A stretch of DNA of 64,000 nucleotides from a virus. Positions 20,136-29,808 of the stretch are shown here, one piece after another (position 1 is the first letter of the stretch; every line of letters begins with the position of its first letter). Under the pieces are notes generated by a model. It worked only from the letters and a program-made list of their open reading frames with translations, was not told the origin of the DNA and did not search any database. Position numbers and translations under genes: made by a program. The stretch is taken from positions 1-64,000 of IMG/VR virus record IMGVR_UViG_3300037507_005588. One strand, written 5' to 3'.

Positions 20136-22025
20136 TTATTTAACTTTTAGAATTTTTTTCCTAAAAAGTTTCTTTTCATTCTGTAAGACAGCCAAGTATT
20201 CTCCTGTAGAAAGGTAACCCAAATCAATTGTTTTTGAGTATTCACCTACATCATATTTGCCGTTTAGAACATCAATTTGTAATCTTCCGTTCAAATCGTA
20301 AACTCCCAAGGTTACATAACCAGGTTCAAAAATTTTGAACTTAAGAGTGGTTTCACCTTTTGTTGGATTCGGAAACAACATCATATCATCATATTCAAAC
20401 CCATTGTCTGTTTTGAATATTTGAAGTATTCCATCTGTTGGGGTAATTTTCAAATCTTTAGAGTTACGATTTCCCGCAAACTTCCTTGTTACATATAAAG
20501 GAGATTTATTCCAATTAATTTGTGCGGTTTTAGCCCTGAATTGAAGTGTGAAGAAAATTTCCCCATCTTGAATTAGATTCAAGTTATTTGATGGGTCATA
20601 TCCACCCCACTCAACTACGTTATCACTTGTGTTGATAAATGATACCCAATTTCCTGGTTTTAACTCGTTAGTTAATTCAACAAACTCCAATAAATCTGAA
20701 TCGTATTTCATAGCAACTTGTAATGAACCAAGTTCAATTGTACCAGTTTTTAGTTTAACAGGAATGCTTACCAAATCTCCTTCATTAACACCTAAAGTTG
20801 GGAAATTTACTTCGATTGATTCCAAGTCCATATCATAATGGGTTGTTACATCAATTATGTGTTGGTTCGCATTATTTGGATTAACAATCTCAATAGGAAT
20901 CATACGTGCCATTTTGAATCCTGTACCGTTCACATCACCTGGTGATGCTACGTAATATGTAACTGAATCGGGTTCGTTATTTCCAATCAACTTAGTGAAG
21001 TTGGTTTGACCTGGAATTGTACTTCTAAAGTTAGTAGATGAACCATTGATTGTGGTATATTCTGAATCTGTAAAGAATAGAACGTCTTTCACCGAATTAA
21101 CCCATGAGTTAAATCTACCTGATACTCTAGCGAAGATGGAATATACGTCAGATACTGAAACAGAATTATCACCGTTAACGTCTGAGGTATAAAAATCAAA
21201 CCCACTTGGAGACTGAGTTCCCAAAACAAATTTGTTGACTTGTTGAGCATCTGATGTTGTAACAATATTACCATAGCCTAAAGTATCCCCTTTCACATTA
21301 ATTCTTACATTCCAAGCTGAGGTGTCAACACTTACATTTGTAAATGCCCATCTCCCATCCAAACCAGATGTCGATGTGTCTACAGATACCCAAGTTGATG
21401 TATTTTTGAGTGATTTTTCTAAAACAACCGGAATGTTTTTAGAACCAGTTCCTGTTACATTAAGAAATCTACCACGGTATGAAAATGTTTGTGGGAGAAA
21501 TACACCGCCAAAGTTTTGTAAACTAAGAGTATAGTCATTACCTGATTGAGTTGTTGCCAATTGTGAAAATGGGGTTGCTCCAACGAAAGTCATTGCCAAA
21601 GGACTTAAATAAGTTGTCGATAGTGCTGGTTTATGATTCAAAGTTACATTGAACATAGCACCATTAGGTAAAGTAAAGTTCGGGTCTGTTCCAGTGTAAG
21701 TCATCGTAATTGTAACATACCCCAATGTTGGGTTATCGCTATATTGTAGATAGCTAGCAAAAGATGTATTAGACATCGTTATTGTATCAACACCCGCAAA
21801 TGCGTTTGCATCATAGAACACTCTAAATTGTGATGCGGTTAGTTTGTCATTGGTGCTATTATTCCAACAAAGTCCGATGTTGGTTTTTCCTTGAGTGTAA
21901 GACCCTAATTGGTACGTTGGGTCCATAGTTACGTATGCTCCAGTAGTTGTCGGTGTTGGACAAGTTTGACCTTGGACAGCCAATGCCGATAGAAACATCG
22001 CCACTGTAAAGATGGTTCTCTTCAT
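20136..22025 (-). CDS. secreted cohesin/dockerin-like protein with T9SS type-A C-terminal sorting domain
   Basis: signal peptide; cohesin-like VSIPV..LGSLQVAMKYDSDLLEF; SDVNGDNSVSVSD; CTD FPNPT..YDLNGR..LSTGEY..KILK. Confidence 0.75.
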   Translation of the reverse strand: MKRTIFTVAMFLSALAVQGQTCPTPTTTGAYVTMDPTYQLGSYTQGKTNIGLCWNNSTNDKLTASQFRVFYDANAFAGVDTITMSNTSFASYLQYSDNPTLGYVTITMTYTGTDPNFTLPNGAMFNVTLNHKPALSTTYLSPLAMTFVGATPFSQLATTQSGNDYTLSLQNFGGVFLPQTFSYRGRFLNVTGTGSKNIPVVLEKSLKNTSTWVSVDTSTSGLDGRWAFTNVSVDTSAWNVRINVKGDTLGYGNIVTTSDAQQVNKFVLGTQSPSGFDFYTSDVNGDNSVSVSDVYSIFARVSGRFNSWVNSVKDVLFFTDSEYTTINGSSTNFRSTIPGQTNFTKLIGNNEPDSVTYYVASPGDVNGTGFKMARMIPIEIVNPNNANQHIIDVTTHYDMDLESIEVNFPTLGVNEGDLVSIPVKLKTGTIELGSLQVAMKYDSDLLEFVELTNELKPGNWVSFINTSDNVVEWGGYDPSNNLNLIQDGEIFFTLQFRAKTAQINWNKSPLYVTRKFAGNRNSKDLKITPTDGILQIFKTDNGFEYDDMMLFPNPTKGETTLKFKIFEPGYVTLGVYDLNGRLQIDVLNGKYDVGEYSKTIDLGYLSTGEYLAVLQNEKKLFRKKILKVK

Positions 22026-22051
22026 TTATGTAGTATTTGGTATATATAAAT

Positions 22052-22513
22052 ATGAAGAAATTGTTTGTTATAATCTTTTATATATTTTCTTTTATTGCTA
22101 AAGGACAAATTATGGTTTTAGATGCTGGAGATGGTTGGAAATCCAAAGTGGATTCTGCAATTTCCATAATACAAAAATATGATTCCAACGCTTATGGAAA
22201 TCTAATAAATTATTGCAAAGAAATTGGATATTGGAATGGAGATTTCTCAACAACAGAGGAGGGTTCAAAAATTATAATATCAAGAAAAGAAATGAACCAT
22301 ATTTCAGTTAATAATATTGCATGTATTTTAGTTCATGAATCACGTCATTTAATGATAGAAAAAGCCGACCCAAAATGGGATGAAAATTTTATTGAATTTA
22401 TGTGTTATGATTACGAACTCAATTTTGCAAAAAAAATACCAAATATGGAAAATTGGGTTTTACAACATATTATCTCAATGAGAGAAAAATACGTAAAGAT
22501 TATACAACGATAA
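22052..22513 (+). CDS. secreted HExxH protein
   Basis: signal peptide; LVHESRH. Confidence 0.6.
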   Translation: MKKLFVIIFYIFSFIAKGQIMVLDAGDGWKSKVDSAISIIQKYDSNAYGNLINYCKEIGYWNGDFSTTEEGSKIIISRKEMNHISVNNIACILVHESRHLMIEKADPKWDENFIEFMCYDYELNFAKKIPNMENWVLQHIISMREKYVKIIQR

Positions 22514-22527
22514 GGTATTTATATAAG

Positions 22528-23154
22528 ATGTCACAACTGTTAAATGAGGTTTCACGTATAAAAGATATGATGGGAATCATAAATGAATCTCCCATTATAG
22601 AACCATCCAAAGAGGCGGTTGACAACATTTGTAACGCAAAAAAATTCTGTAAAGCTCAAGGAAAAATTACCTTCGGACAACTCAAAAGTATTGTAGACAC
22701 GGCAATCAAAAATAGAATTGTGATTGGTTCAGGTAAAGGAGCCATTAAAATTGCAATGAAGGTGATGCCTTTCTTCTTCCCCCAAGTAGCCTTGGCAGGA
22801 GGAGTATTATCAGGTATGGACTGGTTTAACAAACTTTTCAAACCAACAATCACAAACACAAAATCTTACAAAACTTGGTGGGGTAAAACCATGTTGAAAG
22901 TTTTGAACACCGCCGAAGTTGAAATTAACTTGGGGGACCCACTACAAAAAATATTCTTCGTTAGTGATGGATTGTTGACAATGTTGAGTGATGAAAATAA
23001 AATTAAGTTTGCTTTGTATGTTGCAGACATAGCATCAGAAAAACCAGATGATGAAGAAGTCCCCGAATACTTCGTGGAAAACGAACTTAGAAACTGGATA
23101 AATCAAAAGTTCTTAATTGAACCACCTTTACCACAAAAAGAAATACAACAATGA
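22528..23154 (+). CDS. hypothetical protein with LLNEVSRIKDMMG leader
   Basis: ORF after TATTTATA. Confidence 0.7.
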   Translation: MSQLLNEVSRIKDMMGIINESPIIEPSKEAVDNICNAKKFCKAQGKITFGQLKSIVDTAIKNRIVIGSGKGAIKIAMKVMPFFFPQVALAGGVLSGMDWFNKLFKPTITNTKSYKTWWGKTMLKVLNTAEVEINLGDPLQKIFFVSDGLLTMLSDENKIKFALYVADIASEKPDDEEVPEYFVENELRNWINQKFLIEPPLPQKEIQQ

Positions 23155-23762
23155 AAGACTTTATTCGTTACATACTAAAAGAAAACTTACCCAAAAAAGG
23201 GATTGTTATCAAAGAGGGGGTTGAAACTTCAAAAGGGTTAAAGTACCACCACGAAAGAAATTTGCCACTTAGTGAGAATGTGTATAGACCTTACACGGAC
23301 GAGTTCTTTGCATTGATAAATGAAGCAAGAGACTTACATGAAAGAGGATTAGTTGACCTTTGTGAAGACGATAAATGGTTGGTATCAACTAACGTTGGTC
23401 AGACATCAATTTACGAAGACGAAGAAGTTTGGTTAGACATTCCTTTTATTTTAGAAGAGGAGGATTTGATTTCAGAGGCTGAATATCGTGGAAGAGATGT
23501 CAAACTTAATTCACCATTCAGAACTCCTGGGGGACCTAAGAAATTTGCGGTTTATGTTAAAAATGACAGGGGTAATGTTGTCAAAGTAACTTTTGGAGAC
23601 CCTAATTTAAGAGTTAGAAACAACAATCCCGCAGCAAGAAAAAGTTTTAGAGCGAGACATAAGTGTGACCAAAAGAAGGATAGAACTAAGGCAGGATATT
23701 GGTCTTGTAACGTAGCTCGTTACAGAAAACAACTTGGTATCAAATCTTCATCTCCTTGGTGA
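23151..23762 (+). CDS. conserved large-phage protein with basic C-terminal domain
   Basis: KKFAVYV..VKVTFGDP..RKSFRARHKC..AGYWSC. Confidence 0.7.
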   Translation: MKDFIRYILKENLPKKGIVIKEGVETSKGLKYHHERNLPLSENVYRPYTDEFFALINEARDLHERGLVDLCEDDKWLVSTNVGQTSIYEDEEVWLDIPFILEEEDLISEAEYRGRDVKLNSPFRTPGGPKKFAVYVKNDRGNVVKVTFGDPNLRVRNNNPAARKSFRARHKCDQKKDRTKAGYWSCNVARYRKQLGIKSSSPW

Positions 23763-23779
23763 TTTGACTATAATTGTTT

Positions 23780-24046
23780 ATGGAATTCCCATTTACACAA
23801 GAAACATTTGACGGGAAAATATTGAGGACATTTTCATCAGAAGTTAATGAAGATGAGCTGAAATGGCATTATGATTTGAAAGACAGAAAGATTCAAATTA
23901 TCAAAGGTGACAATTGGGAATTACAAATGGACAAGGAACTCCCTGAAAAATTAACACCCTTGAAGGAGTATTTCATCCCCAAGGGTGTTTATCATAGAGT
24001 TATAAAAGGTCAGGGTGACTTGGTCGTTCTAATTGAAGAGTTTTAA
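23780..24046 (+). CDS. cupin-like protein
   Basis: WHYD..FIPKGVYHRVIKG. Confidence 0.55.
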   Translation: MEFPFTQETFDGKILRTFSSEVNEDELKWHYDLKDRKIQIIKGDNWELQMDKELPEKLTPLKEYFIPKGVYHRVIKGQGDLVVLIEEF

Positions 24047-24624
24047 TTCTTCATAAGATATTTGTTGAAATCACTTGATAACGGTTTCTCGTTAACAAAG
24101 TAATATTTGTAAACATTTCCTTTGTGATAGATGGTTTTGGTAAAACCTGTCGGTACTAAAGTTCCTGTTGGGAGTTCAGGTAATTTGGGATTGAAGTGAA
24201 TATCAATTCTCACTTTTACATCACCTGTCTTTGCCAACTCCCTTTCGTGGGCTTCGAGAAGTCTCCATGTCCCACGATTTAGATATTGATTTTGAAGGAC
24301 ACAATTTAAGTAGGTGAAGGTTATGTACAACATATCTTTGGTACAATTGAAACCTGCGGCGGGTGCCAAATGACCTTTATCGTATACATTGTTTTCATAA
24401 TCCTTATGGTCTGAAGTCCAAATTTTAGTGTCTTTATAAAAATCCATTCCTGTTCTTGGTGCTGAACCGTTTGGACATTTTATTGTGTACTCCAACCATA
24501 GTGGTTGTTCGTAAACTTCAGAGTATTCACCTTTGAAAATTGGTGTCTCAAATGGTACCCTCTCCTTGGTCTGACCAAAAAGCAAAACGGGTACAAGTAA
24601 TATTAAAAATAATAGTTTTCTCAT
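24043..24624 (-). CDS. secreted DNA/RNA non-specific endonuclease (NucA/EndoG family)
   Basis: signal peptide; YDKGHLAPA, LNRGTWRLLE, VPTGFTK. Confidence 0.85.
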   Translation of the reverse strand: MRKLLFLILLVPVLLFGQTKERVPFETPIFKGEYSEVYEQPLWLEYTIKCPNGSAPRTGMDFYKDTKIWTSDHKDYENNVYDKGHLAPAAGFNCTKDMLYITFTYLNCVLQNQYLNRGTWRLLEAHERELAKTGDVKVRIDIHFNPKLPELPTGTLVPTGFTKTIYHKGNVYKYYFVNEKPLSSDFNKYLMKN

Positions 24625-24658
24625 ACCCGATAAATACCAATAAAGTTTGGTAAAAAAG

Positions 24659-25933
24659 TTACAATTTAGTTATAACCAATTCATTACCATCATAAATTGG
24701 GTATAAAAACAACTTGTAACCAGGTGTTTCACCAATTGCACGTTTTGTTTTGTCAACAGCTTCTAGCCCAAATCTACGGGTAGGAACACCAATCATGACA
24801 AGTTTTTCAAAGCGATTTGATAACACTTTTGAGATGAAATTCTGAAACCAATTTTTTGGTTTGATATTTTGTTGTACAAAATCAATCAATTCATTACTTT
24901 CTGAGTAAGACTCCTCGAATAAAATTTGTGACTCTTCAAAAACTGTTGGGATAGTATCATTGTAGGTATCGTGATGTTGAACTGTATTATTAACTAATTC
25001 TATTTCAATCTCAGGACCTTCCTCAACTTCGTGTAAACCGACTGGGATAGTATGCAAATGAACTTCTTTACTACTTTCAAAATAATCAACCCAATAACGT
25101 TTCCAAATAAGAGGATGGTTGTTTTGAATATAGTTGGCGGTAGTTTGAGCTGGTTCATTAGATTGCAGACCGATATTCTTTTTTAATTGGTCCATAACCT
25201 CAAATTGGATTCTGGCGTCCGATGAGTCAATCCTATCATCAACTTCATTGTATATTTGAATAGCAACCTGTGACCTTGATTTTTCCTCTTCCATGTTGAA
25301 ATGGATTCCAAACTTACGATTATTAAGTTTGTTGTATAGATAAATTAAGACACCAGATTGAGAATAGCGATAAAAATGGTGTGGATTATCTTCAGATGTG
25401 GTACACCATTTAGTACCAGCACCGTACTTTTTAGACGCCTCAAAAGTTAGTGGACGCACGGCCAACCATTCATCATTTTCAAAAACGATATCAACCAAAC
25501 CTCGTTCTTCCTTGAGGATTTTTTTGGTGTAAGCAATATTCAGTTGTTCCTGAATTTTTGTAAAATTGTCATAGGTTGAGATGTCCGTTTCAGAAATCAA
25601 ATTATTCTCCATCATTTCATCAAACTCCAATAACATCTTCAAATCCAACCCAAGTTCACCCAAATTTCTTAAGTTCCATAAAACCACAAGTTTATGTTTA
25701 TCGGGAACAACGCCAAAGACAGAATTTTTAATACCATATTTTTCCAAATAGTTCATGTATTCTTCTTGAATTTCGCTATTATATCTTTTCATCATATCTT
25801 CAGATGTGTGATGAAGTTGTTTGACTATAAGTGGTAAATATTTGTTGGTCTTACTACCCAAAATATATTTGATGAGGGTGTAGTAGTCTAGCCCAAGTGT
25901 ATGTGGATGTTGTTTTACAAACTCGTTTTTCAT
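24659..25933 (-). CDS. large-phage protein with YGAGTKWCTT domain
   Basis: RPLTFEASKKYGAGTKWCTT; paralogous domain in the gene starting at 62333. Confidence 0.7.
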   Translation of the reverse strand: MKNEFVKQHPHTLGLDYYTLIKYILGSKTNKYLPLIVKQLHHTSEDMMKRYNSEIQEEYMNYLEKYGIKNSVFGVVPDKHKLVVLWNLRNLGELGLDLKMLLEFDEMMENNLISETDISTYDNFTKIQEQLNIAYTKKILKEERGLVDIVFENDEWLAVRPLTFEASKKYGAGTKWCTTSEDNPHHFYRYSQSGVLIYLYNKLNNRKFGIHFNMEEEKSRSQVAIQIYNEVDDRIDSSDARIQFEVMDQLKKNIGLQSNEPAQTTANYIQNNHPLIWKRYWVDYFESSKEVHLHTIPVGLHEVEEGPEIEIELVNNTVQHHDTYNDTIPTVFEESQILFEESYSESNELIDFVQQNIKPKNWFQNFISKVLSNRFEKLVMIGVPTRRFGLEAVDKTKRAIGETPGYKLFLYPIYDGNELVITKL

Positions 25934-25950
25934 GTCAATATTTTTCTGAA

Positions 25951-26973
25951 TTATAGTTCAGTTGTTTCGTTATTCAAAATTATTTTTTCACCTTTGTTGA
26001 TAACCTCGTTTACTCTATTCTGAGGTTGATTTTCATATCCCCAAGTTTCCTTTACACCATCTCTAATAATGTGGTCAGCCCTCATTAGTGAGTGTAACTC
26101 ACAATATTTGGTTTCTTTAATACCATTCTTAACCGTTTGAACTACTTCTCGTAATCGATGATGTTCTTCCTGTTTGGTTTCTTTAACCCCATTTTTTATT
26201 ATATCATCAAATCTTTCATCGCCATCTAACCAATCACCATATTCAGTATGTTTCACCCCCTTTTCAAGGACATCTTTAACTGAAGGACGATTCTGATTCC
26301 ATTGGTCAATGGTTACTTTAATCCCATTTTGAATGACCTCTTCCATAGCAAGACCGTCCTCGAAGGGATTGTGTTCGGTCTCTTTCACCCCATTTTGAAT
26401 AGTATCTTCAATTGTTAAAAGTGAGTGGAATGTCATTTCTCGGGTGTGTTTCACTACATTTTGAATGGTGTCTTCAACAGTTGGTCTACGCAAGTCAACA
26501 TCACCCCAGGTGTATATCACCCCATTTTGAATGGTATCTCCAACCTCAAGGTGTTGCTCACTCTCATCAGCAACGGTGTATATCACCCCATTTTGAATGG
26601 TATCTCCAACGCGCGAACCAATGTTTAAGAAGCGGGGGTCGGTGTATATCACCCCATTTTGAATGGTATCTCCAACCAAAAGAGATTCCCGCGTGTACCC
26701 TCCTTGGGTGCGTTTTACCCCATTTTGGATGAAATTCTCAACCCATTTGGTTATATGGTGCTGATTCTCAATCACATCCAAAGAAATGATTTTGAATATT
26801 TTTTCAAAAAAATAATAATTATACCACAGGGTTCCTGTTTTTGTGAGTTCAAAAATCCATTTCTTTTCATCGGTAAAAATTAACCACCGACTACTATGAT
26901 TGATATATGTGTCAGCACCTTTGACCTTTTTATCAATCATTTTTTCTAAAAGTTCGTAGATGTCCCGTTTCAT
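25951..26973 (-). CDS. protein whose C-terminal two-thirds is a translated repeat-spacer array
   Basis: 12 copies of a 12-aa unit (VGDTIQNGVIYT-like) separated by unrelated 10-11-aa segments; TATATTTG promoter element just upstream of ATG 26973. Confidence 0.8.
   Translation of the reverse strand: MKRDIYELLEKMIDKKVKGADTYINHSSRWLIFTDEKKWIFELTKTGTLWYNYYFFEKIFKIISLDVIENQHHITKWVENFIQNGVKRTQGGYTRESLLVGDTIQNGVIYTDPRFLNIGSRVGDTIQNGVIYTVADESEQHLEVGDTIQNGVIYTWGDVDLRRPTVEDTIQNVVKHTREMTFHSLLTIEDTIQNGVKETEHNPFEDGLAMEEVIQNGIKVTIDQWNQNRPSVKDVLEKGVKHTEYGDWLDGDERFDDIIKNGVKETKQEEHHRLREVVQTVKNGIKETKYCELHSLMRADHIIRDGVKETWGYENQPQNRVNEVINKGEKIILNNETTEL
25978..26742. CRISPR. CRISPR-like array, 36-bp repeat and 30-bp spacers, embedded in a CDS
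   Basis: identical GGTGTATATCACCCCATTTTGAATGGTATCTCCAAC at 26509, 26575 and 26641; degenerate copies at 26707, 26443, 26377, 26311, 26245, 26176, 26110, 26044 and 25978; no cas gene in window. Confidence 0.6.
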
Positions 26974-27019
26974 AACACCAAATATACAAACTAAATTGTT
27001 ATGAAACAAATAAATTCTG

Positions 27020-27105
27020 CGGTGGGTGTGGGGCTCGAACCCACGCGGCTGTAACACCCTACTTGTTTAGCAAACAAGCCCCTTCACCAACTTGGGTAAC
27101 CCACC
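27020..27105 (-). tRNA. tRNA-Ser(GCT)
   Basis: cloverleaf, long variable arm, CTTGT-TT-GCT-AA-ACAAG. Confidence 0.9.
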
Positions 27106-27147
27106 AAAAAATCCCGACCTATCTCGGGATAACACATCGGATTATTG

Positions 27148-27235
27148 TGGAAGGAGAGGGATTCGAACCCCCGGAACCCTCTCAGGTTCAACAGTTTTCA
27201 AGACTGCCTCGATAAACCAACTCTGACATCCTTCC
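27148..27235 (-). tRNA. tRNA-Ser(TGA)
   Basis: cloverleaf, long variable arm, GCAGT-CT-TGA-AA-ACTGT. Confidence 0.9.
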
Positions 27236-27284
27236 TTTTCGAGATTATAATTACAAAGTTACAAATAAAAAATCAATCAGTAAA

Positions 27285-27680
27285 TTATGAAATTGAATTT
27301 TTGAAATCATTTTTAACTTTTTCACTAATTGGAATTGGATTCCCATCTTCATCAATTCTGACAAAAGTTATGTGAGTAGATAAAACGGTTTCTTCCTCGT
27401 GAGTGTAGACATTGAATGAACGAGCCTCAACATAAAGATTACAACTAGTGTTTCCTATTTTGTCTACTTTACCGTAAATTTTTAATAACATCCCTTCTTT
27501 AGCTGGTTTCTTGAAGACACATTTATCGATACAGACTGTCACCATTCTTCTGTTATGGCAAACCTCCATAGCGTAAGCGGCTGCTGAAGCGTCAATCCAC
27601 GCCATTAATTTGCCCCCAAAGAGGTTTCCGTGAAATCCTAAATCCGATTTTTTGATTGGGTGTGTGTTAATTAAATCCAT
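27285..27680 (-). CDS. hotdog-fold acyl-CoA thioesterase (YciA-like)
   Basis: GNLFGGKLMAWID..VTV..FKKP..TFVRIDEDGNPIP. Confidence 0.85.
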   Translation of the reverse strand: MDLINTHPIKKSDLGFHGNLFGGKLMAWIDASAAAYAMEVCHNRRMVTVCIDKCVFKKPAKEGMLLKIYGKVDKIGNTSCNLYVEARSFNVYTHEEETVLSTHITFVRIDEDGNPIPISEKVKNDFKNSIS

Positions 27681-27737
27681 AAAAACAATATATTCAAATT
27701 TTTTGGGTAATCAAATTATATTTTGTATATTTGTGTT

Positions 27738-28235
27738 ATGAAATTGAAATTAACCGTACTGTTTTTAATTGTGTCCTTTTTTACTAAAGCACAATCTGCT
27801 TACTACAATTATTATGGAGGAGGTTACAACAACGGACGAACCGTAGATTTTATCTTGGTTCAAGGTGACACATCTCTAATTACCACATTCAACGGATTGG
27901 ACCGAAGGGACTTTGGAATTTATTTGGGTGTGAGATATGCCGGTTTGTTCAGTGGTTCTTTGTTCTACACCCCATTCAACTCAATTAATCGTGTCGGAAT
28001 TACCAAAGGTTTCCTCAAAGATGGTGTTAGAGGAATGGCTGGCATGAAAATTCAACCGAACGGGATAAGTTATGATGTTTATCCCGAATTTGGTGTCATG
28101 ATTCACCCAATCAGATTGTTGACAAAAGACCCATATTCATTTGATATCACATTTACAAGTCACTTATCAAACCAAAGTAGATTGGGTTTTGGTATATCTT
28201 TTCCTATCCAATACAGAAACAACTTTAGATTGTAG
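27738..28235 (+). CDS. exported protein, possible small beta-barrel
   Basis: signal peptide; amphipathic strands. Confidence 0.55.
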   Translation: MKLKLTVLFLIVSFFTKAQSAYYNYYGGGYNNGRTVDFILVQGDTSLITTFNGLDRRDFGIYLGVRYAGLFSGSLFYTPFNSINRVGITKGFLKDGVRGMAGMKIQPNGISYDVYPEFGVMIHPIRLLTKDPYSFDITFTSHLSNQSRLGFGISFPIQYRNNFRL

Positions 28236-28247
28236 TATTTATAGTTT

Positions 28248-28844
28248 ATGGGTTATAAAAACAACAATGATATGTTGCAAGAAGACAAGGTCTCAAGAAA
28301 AAATGTTAGAGAATTAATTCGGGACATTATTTTCAAAATAAAACCTGATATTCACGCACCTCAAACTCTTAACTATGAAGGTTTGGACCCCGGTTTCGGT
28401 TCGGAATTTGATTTGGAAATTGTAATTAATAAGGGTGTCGATTTGGATGAAAATACACTCAAACCATATGATTTAGAAGGTTATTGGGACGACGATACCA
28501 ACTCAATTGAAATCTTTTTGAATGTGGACTCAGATGCCAACAATTCTATTTTTTATGAATTGATTGGTGATTTGAACGATATGATTTATCATGAGTTACG
28601 ACACAAAAAACAATATGAAGATGGTTACGAATCTTCAAACAGAGTCATTAAAAAACCTGAGACCTATTATACTCAACCTCACGAAATTGATGCTCAGATT
28701 GTTGGTTTGAAAAGAAAGGCTAAATTACAAGGAAGAGAGTTTGAAGATGTCTTGAGGGAATTCTTCGAAAAAAGACGAAAGAAATACAAATTGACTGATG
28801 GTATTATCAATCGAATTGTCCAAAAAATTATGAATGAATATTAA
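28248..28844 (+). CDS. zincin-like HExxH protein
   Basis: IYHELRH..HEIDA. Confidence 0.6.
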   Translation: MGYKNNNDMLQEDKVSRKNVRELIRDIIFKIKPDIHAPQTLNYEGLDPGFGSEFDLEIVINKGVDLDENTLKPYDLEGYWDDDTNSIEIFLNVDSDANNSIFYELIGDLNDMIYHELRHKKQYEDGYESSNRVIKKPETYYTQPHEIDAQIVGLKRKAKLQGREFEDVLREFFEKRRKKYKLTDGIINRIVQKIMNEY

Positions 28845-28846
28845 GG

Positions 28847-29464
28847 TTATTTTACCTTAAGAATTTTTTTCACAATATCACTTAGCATTTCGGCTGAAAT
28901 GTGGAATATTCCGATAGCCGATAATCGAGTAATTAATAATTCAATTTCTTCAGGGGAAAATGTGTGACCCTGAAAGGCATTTACCAAATATCCCAATAAC
29001 GGAATCATGTAGGTATAGGCAATTACATCTGAAGTAAAAGATAACCCTTTTACGGTATTACCCAAAAATTTTCTAAAAGACGATTCAAGAGACTTAGTTT
29101 TCTGAACGGCAGTTTTCAACTCAGATTCAATTCCAAGACTTTTAATTCTCCCCATAACTTCTTTGAGTAATTCTTTGTTTTCAAAATAAAGAATTGAAAT
29201 TGTACCTATCAGTAATAATAGAATTTCGTCTTCATTTAAGGTTGGAAATTTACCTCTGAGAAACTCTTCAAGAGGTCTTGTTATAGCCCCAATCATACTA
29301 GAAAACGTAAGAAGAATTTTGAAATTTATACCCAATCTCTTCAGAACTCGTTGATACAAGTCAGCTGAATAGTCGATGGTTCCTGAGTATAATTTTTGTA
29401 AAGTTTCACCAACACCTTCTGTTATCAAAAGTTTTTGTTGAGATTCTGTAATCAAAATATCCAT
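28847..29464 (-). CDS. hydrophobic protein with MDILITESQQKLLITE leader
   Basis: ORF after GTATTTATT on the minus strand. Confidence 0.7.
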   Translation of the reverse strand: MDILITESQQKLLITEGVGETLQKLYSGTIDYSADLYQRVLKRLGINFKILLTFSSMIGAITRPLEEFLRGKFPTLNEDEILLLLIGTISILYFENKELLKEVMGRIKSLGIESELKTAVQKTKSLESSFRKFLGNTVKGLSFTSDVIAYTYMIPLLGYLVNAFQGHTFSPEEIELLITRLSAIGIFHISAEMLSDIVKKILKVK

Positions 29465-29496
29465 AATAATAAATACCTCAGTATATTTATTTGTAT

Positions 29497-29808
29497 ATGT
29501 CACAATTAAACCCACCCTTAACACCTGGAGATAGAATCGTTCTATTACATATGCACGGCCCAAGTGTAATCAAACCTGGCATTGCAGGTACTGTAATTGA
29601 TATTCAGAAAGTCCCATATGGTGACAAATTTGATTTCCACTATCTTATGCAATGGGATAATGGGTCTACTTTGGCTTTGGAACCTGATGTGGATAATTGG
29701 GTTCTTAAATCAGACTTTGATGAAAAGAAAAAACCGACCCTTGGTGAGTCGGTTAAGAACGAGTGGGAAATTTATGAGTCACTTTATCGGAGTAAAAACT
29801 TCCAATGA
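29497..29808 (+). CDS. hypothetical protein (DUF4314-like)
   Basis: GDRIVLLHM..GTV..WDNGSTLAL. Confidence 0.55.
   Translation: MSQLNPPLTPGDRIVLLHMHGPSVIKPGIAGTVIDIQKVPYGDKFDFHYLMQWDNGSTLALEPDVDNWVLKSDFDEKKKPTLGESVKNEWEIYESLYRSKNFQ

Noticed and set aside
26412-26883. Plus-strand ORFs with repeated peptides
   Set aside because: By-products of the 66-bp periodic array; the minus-strand frame has the promoter, a unique N-terminal domain and the full length.
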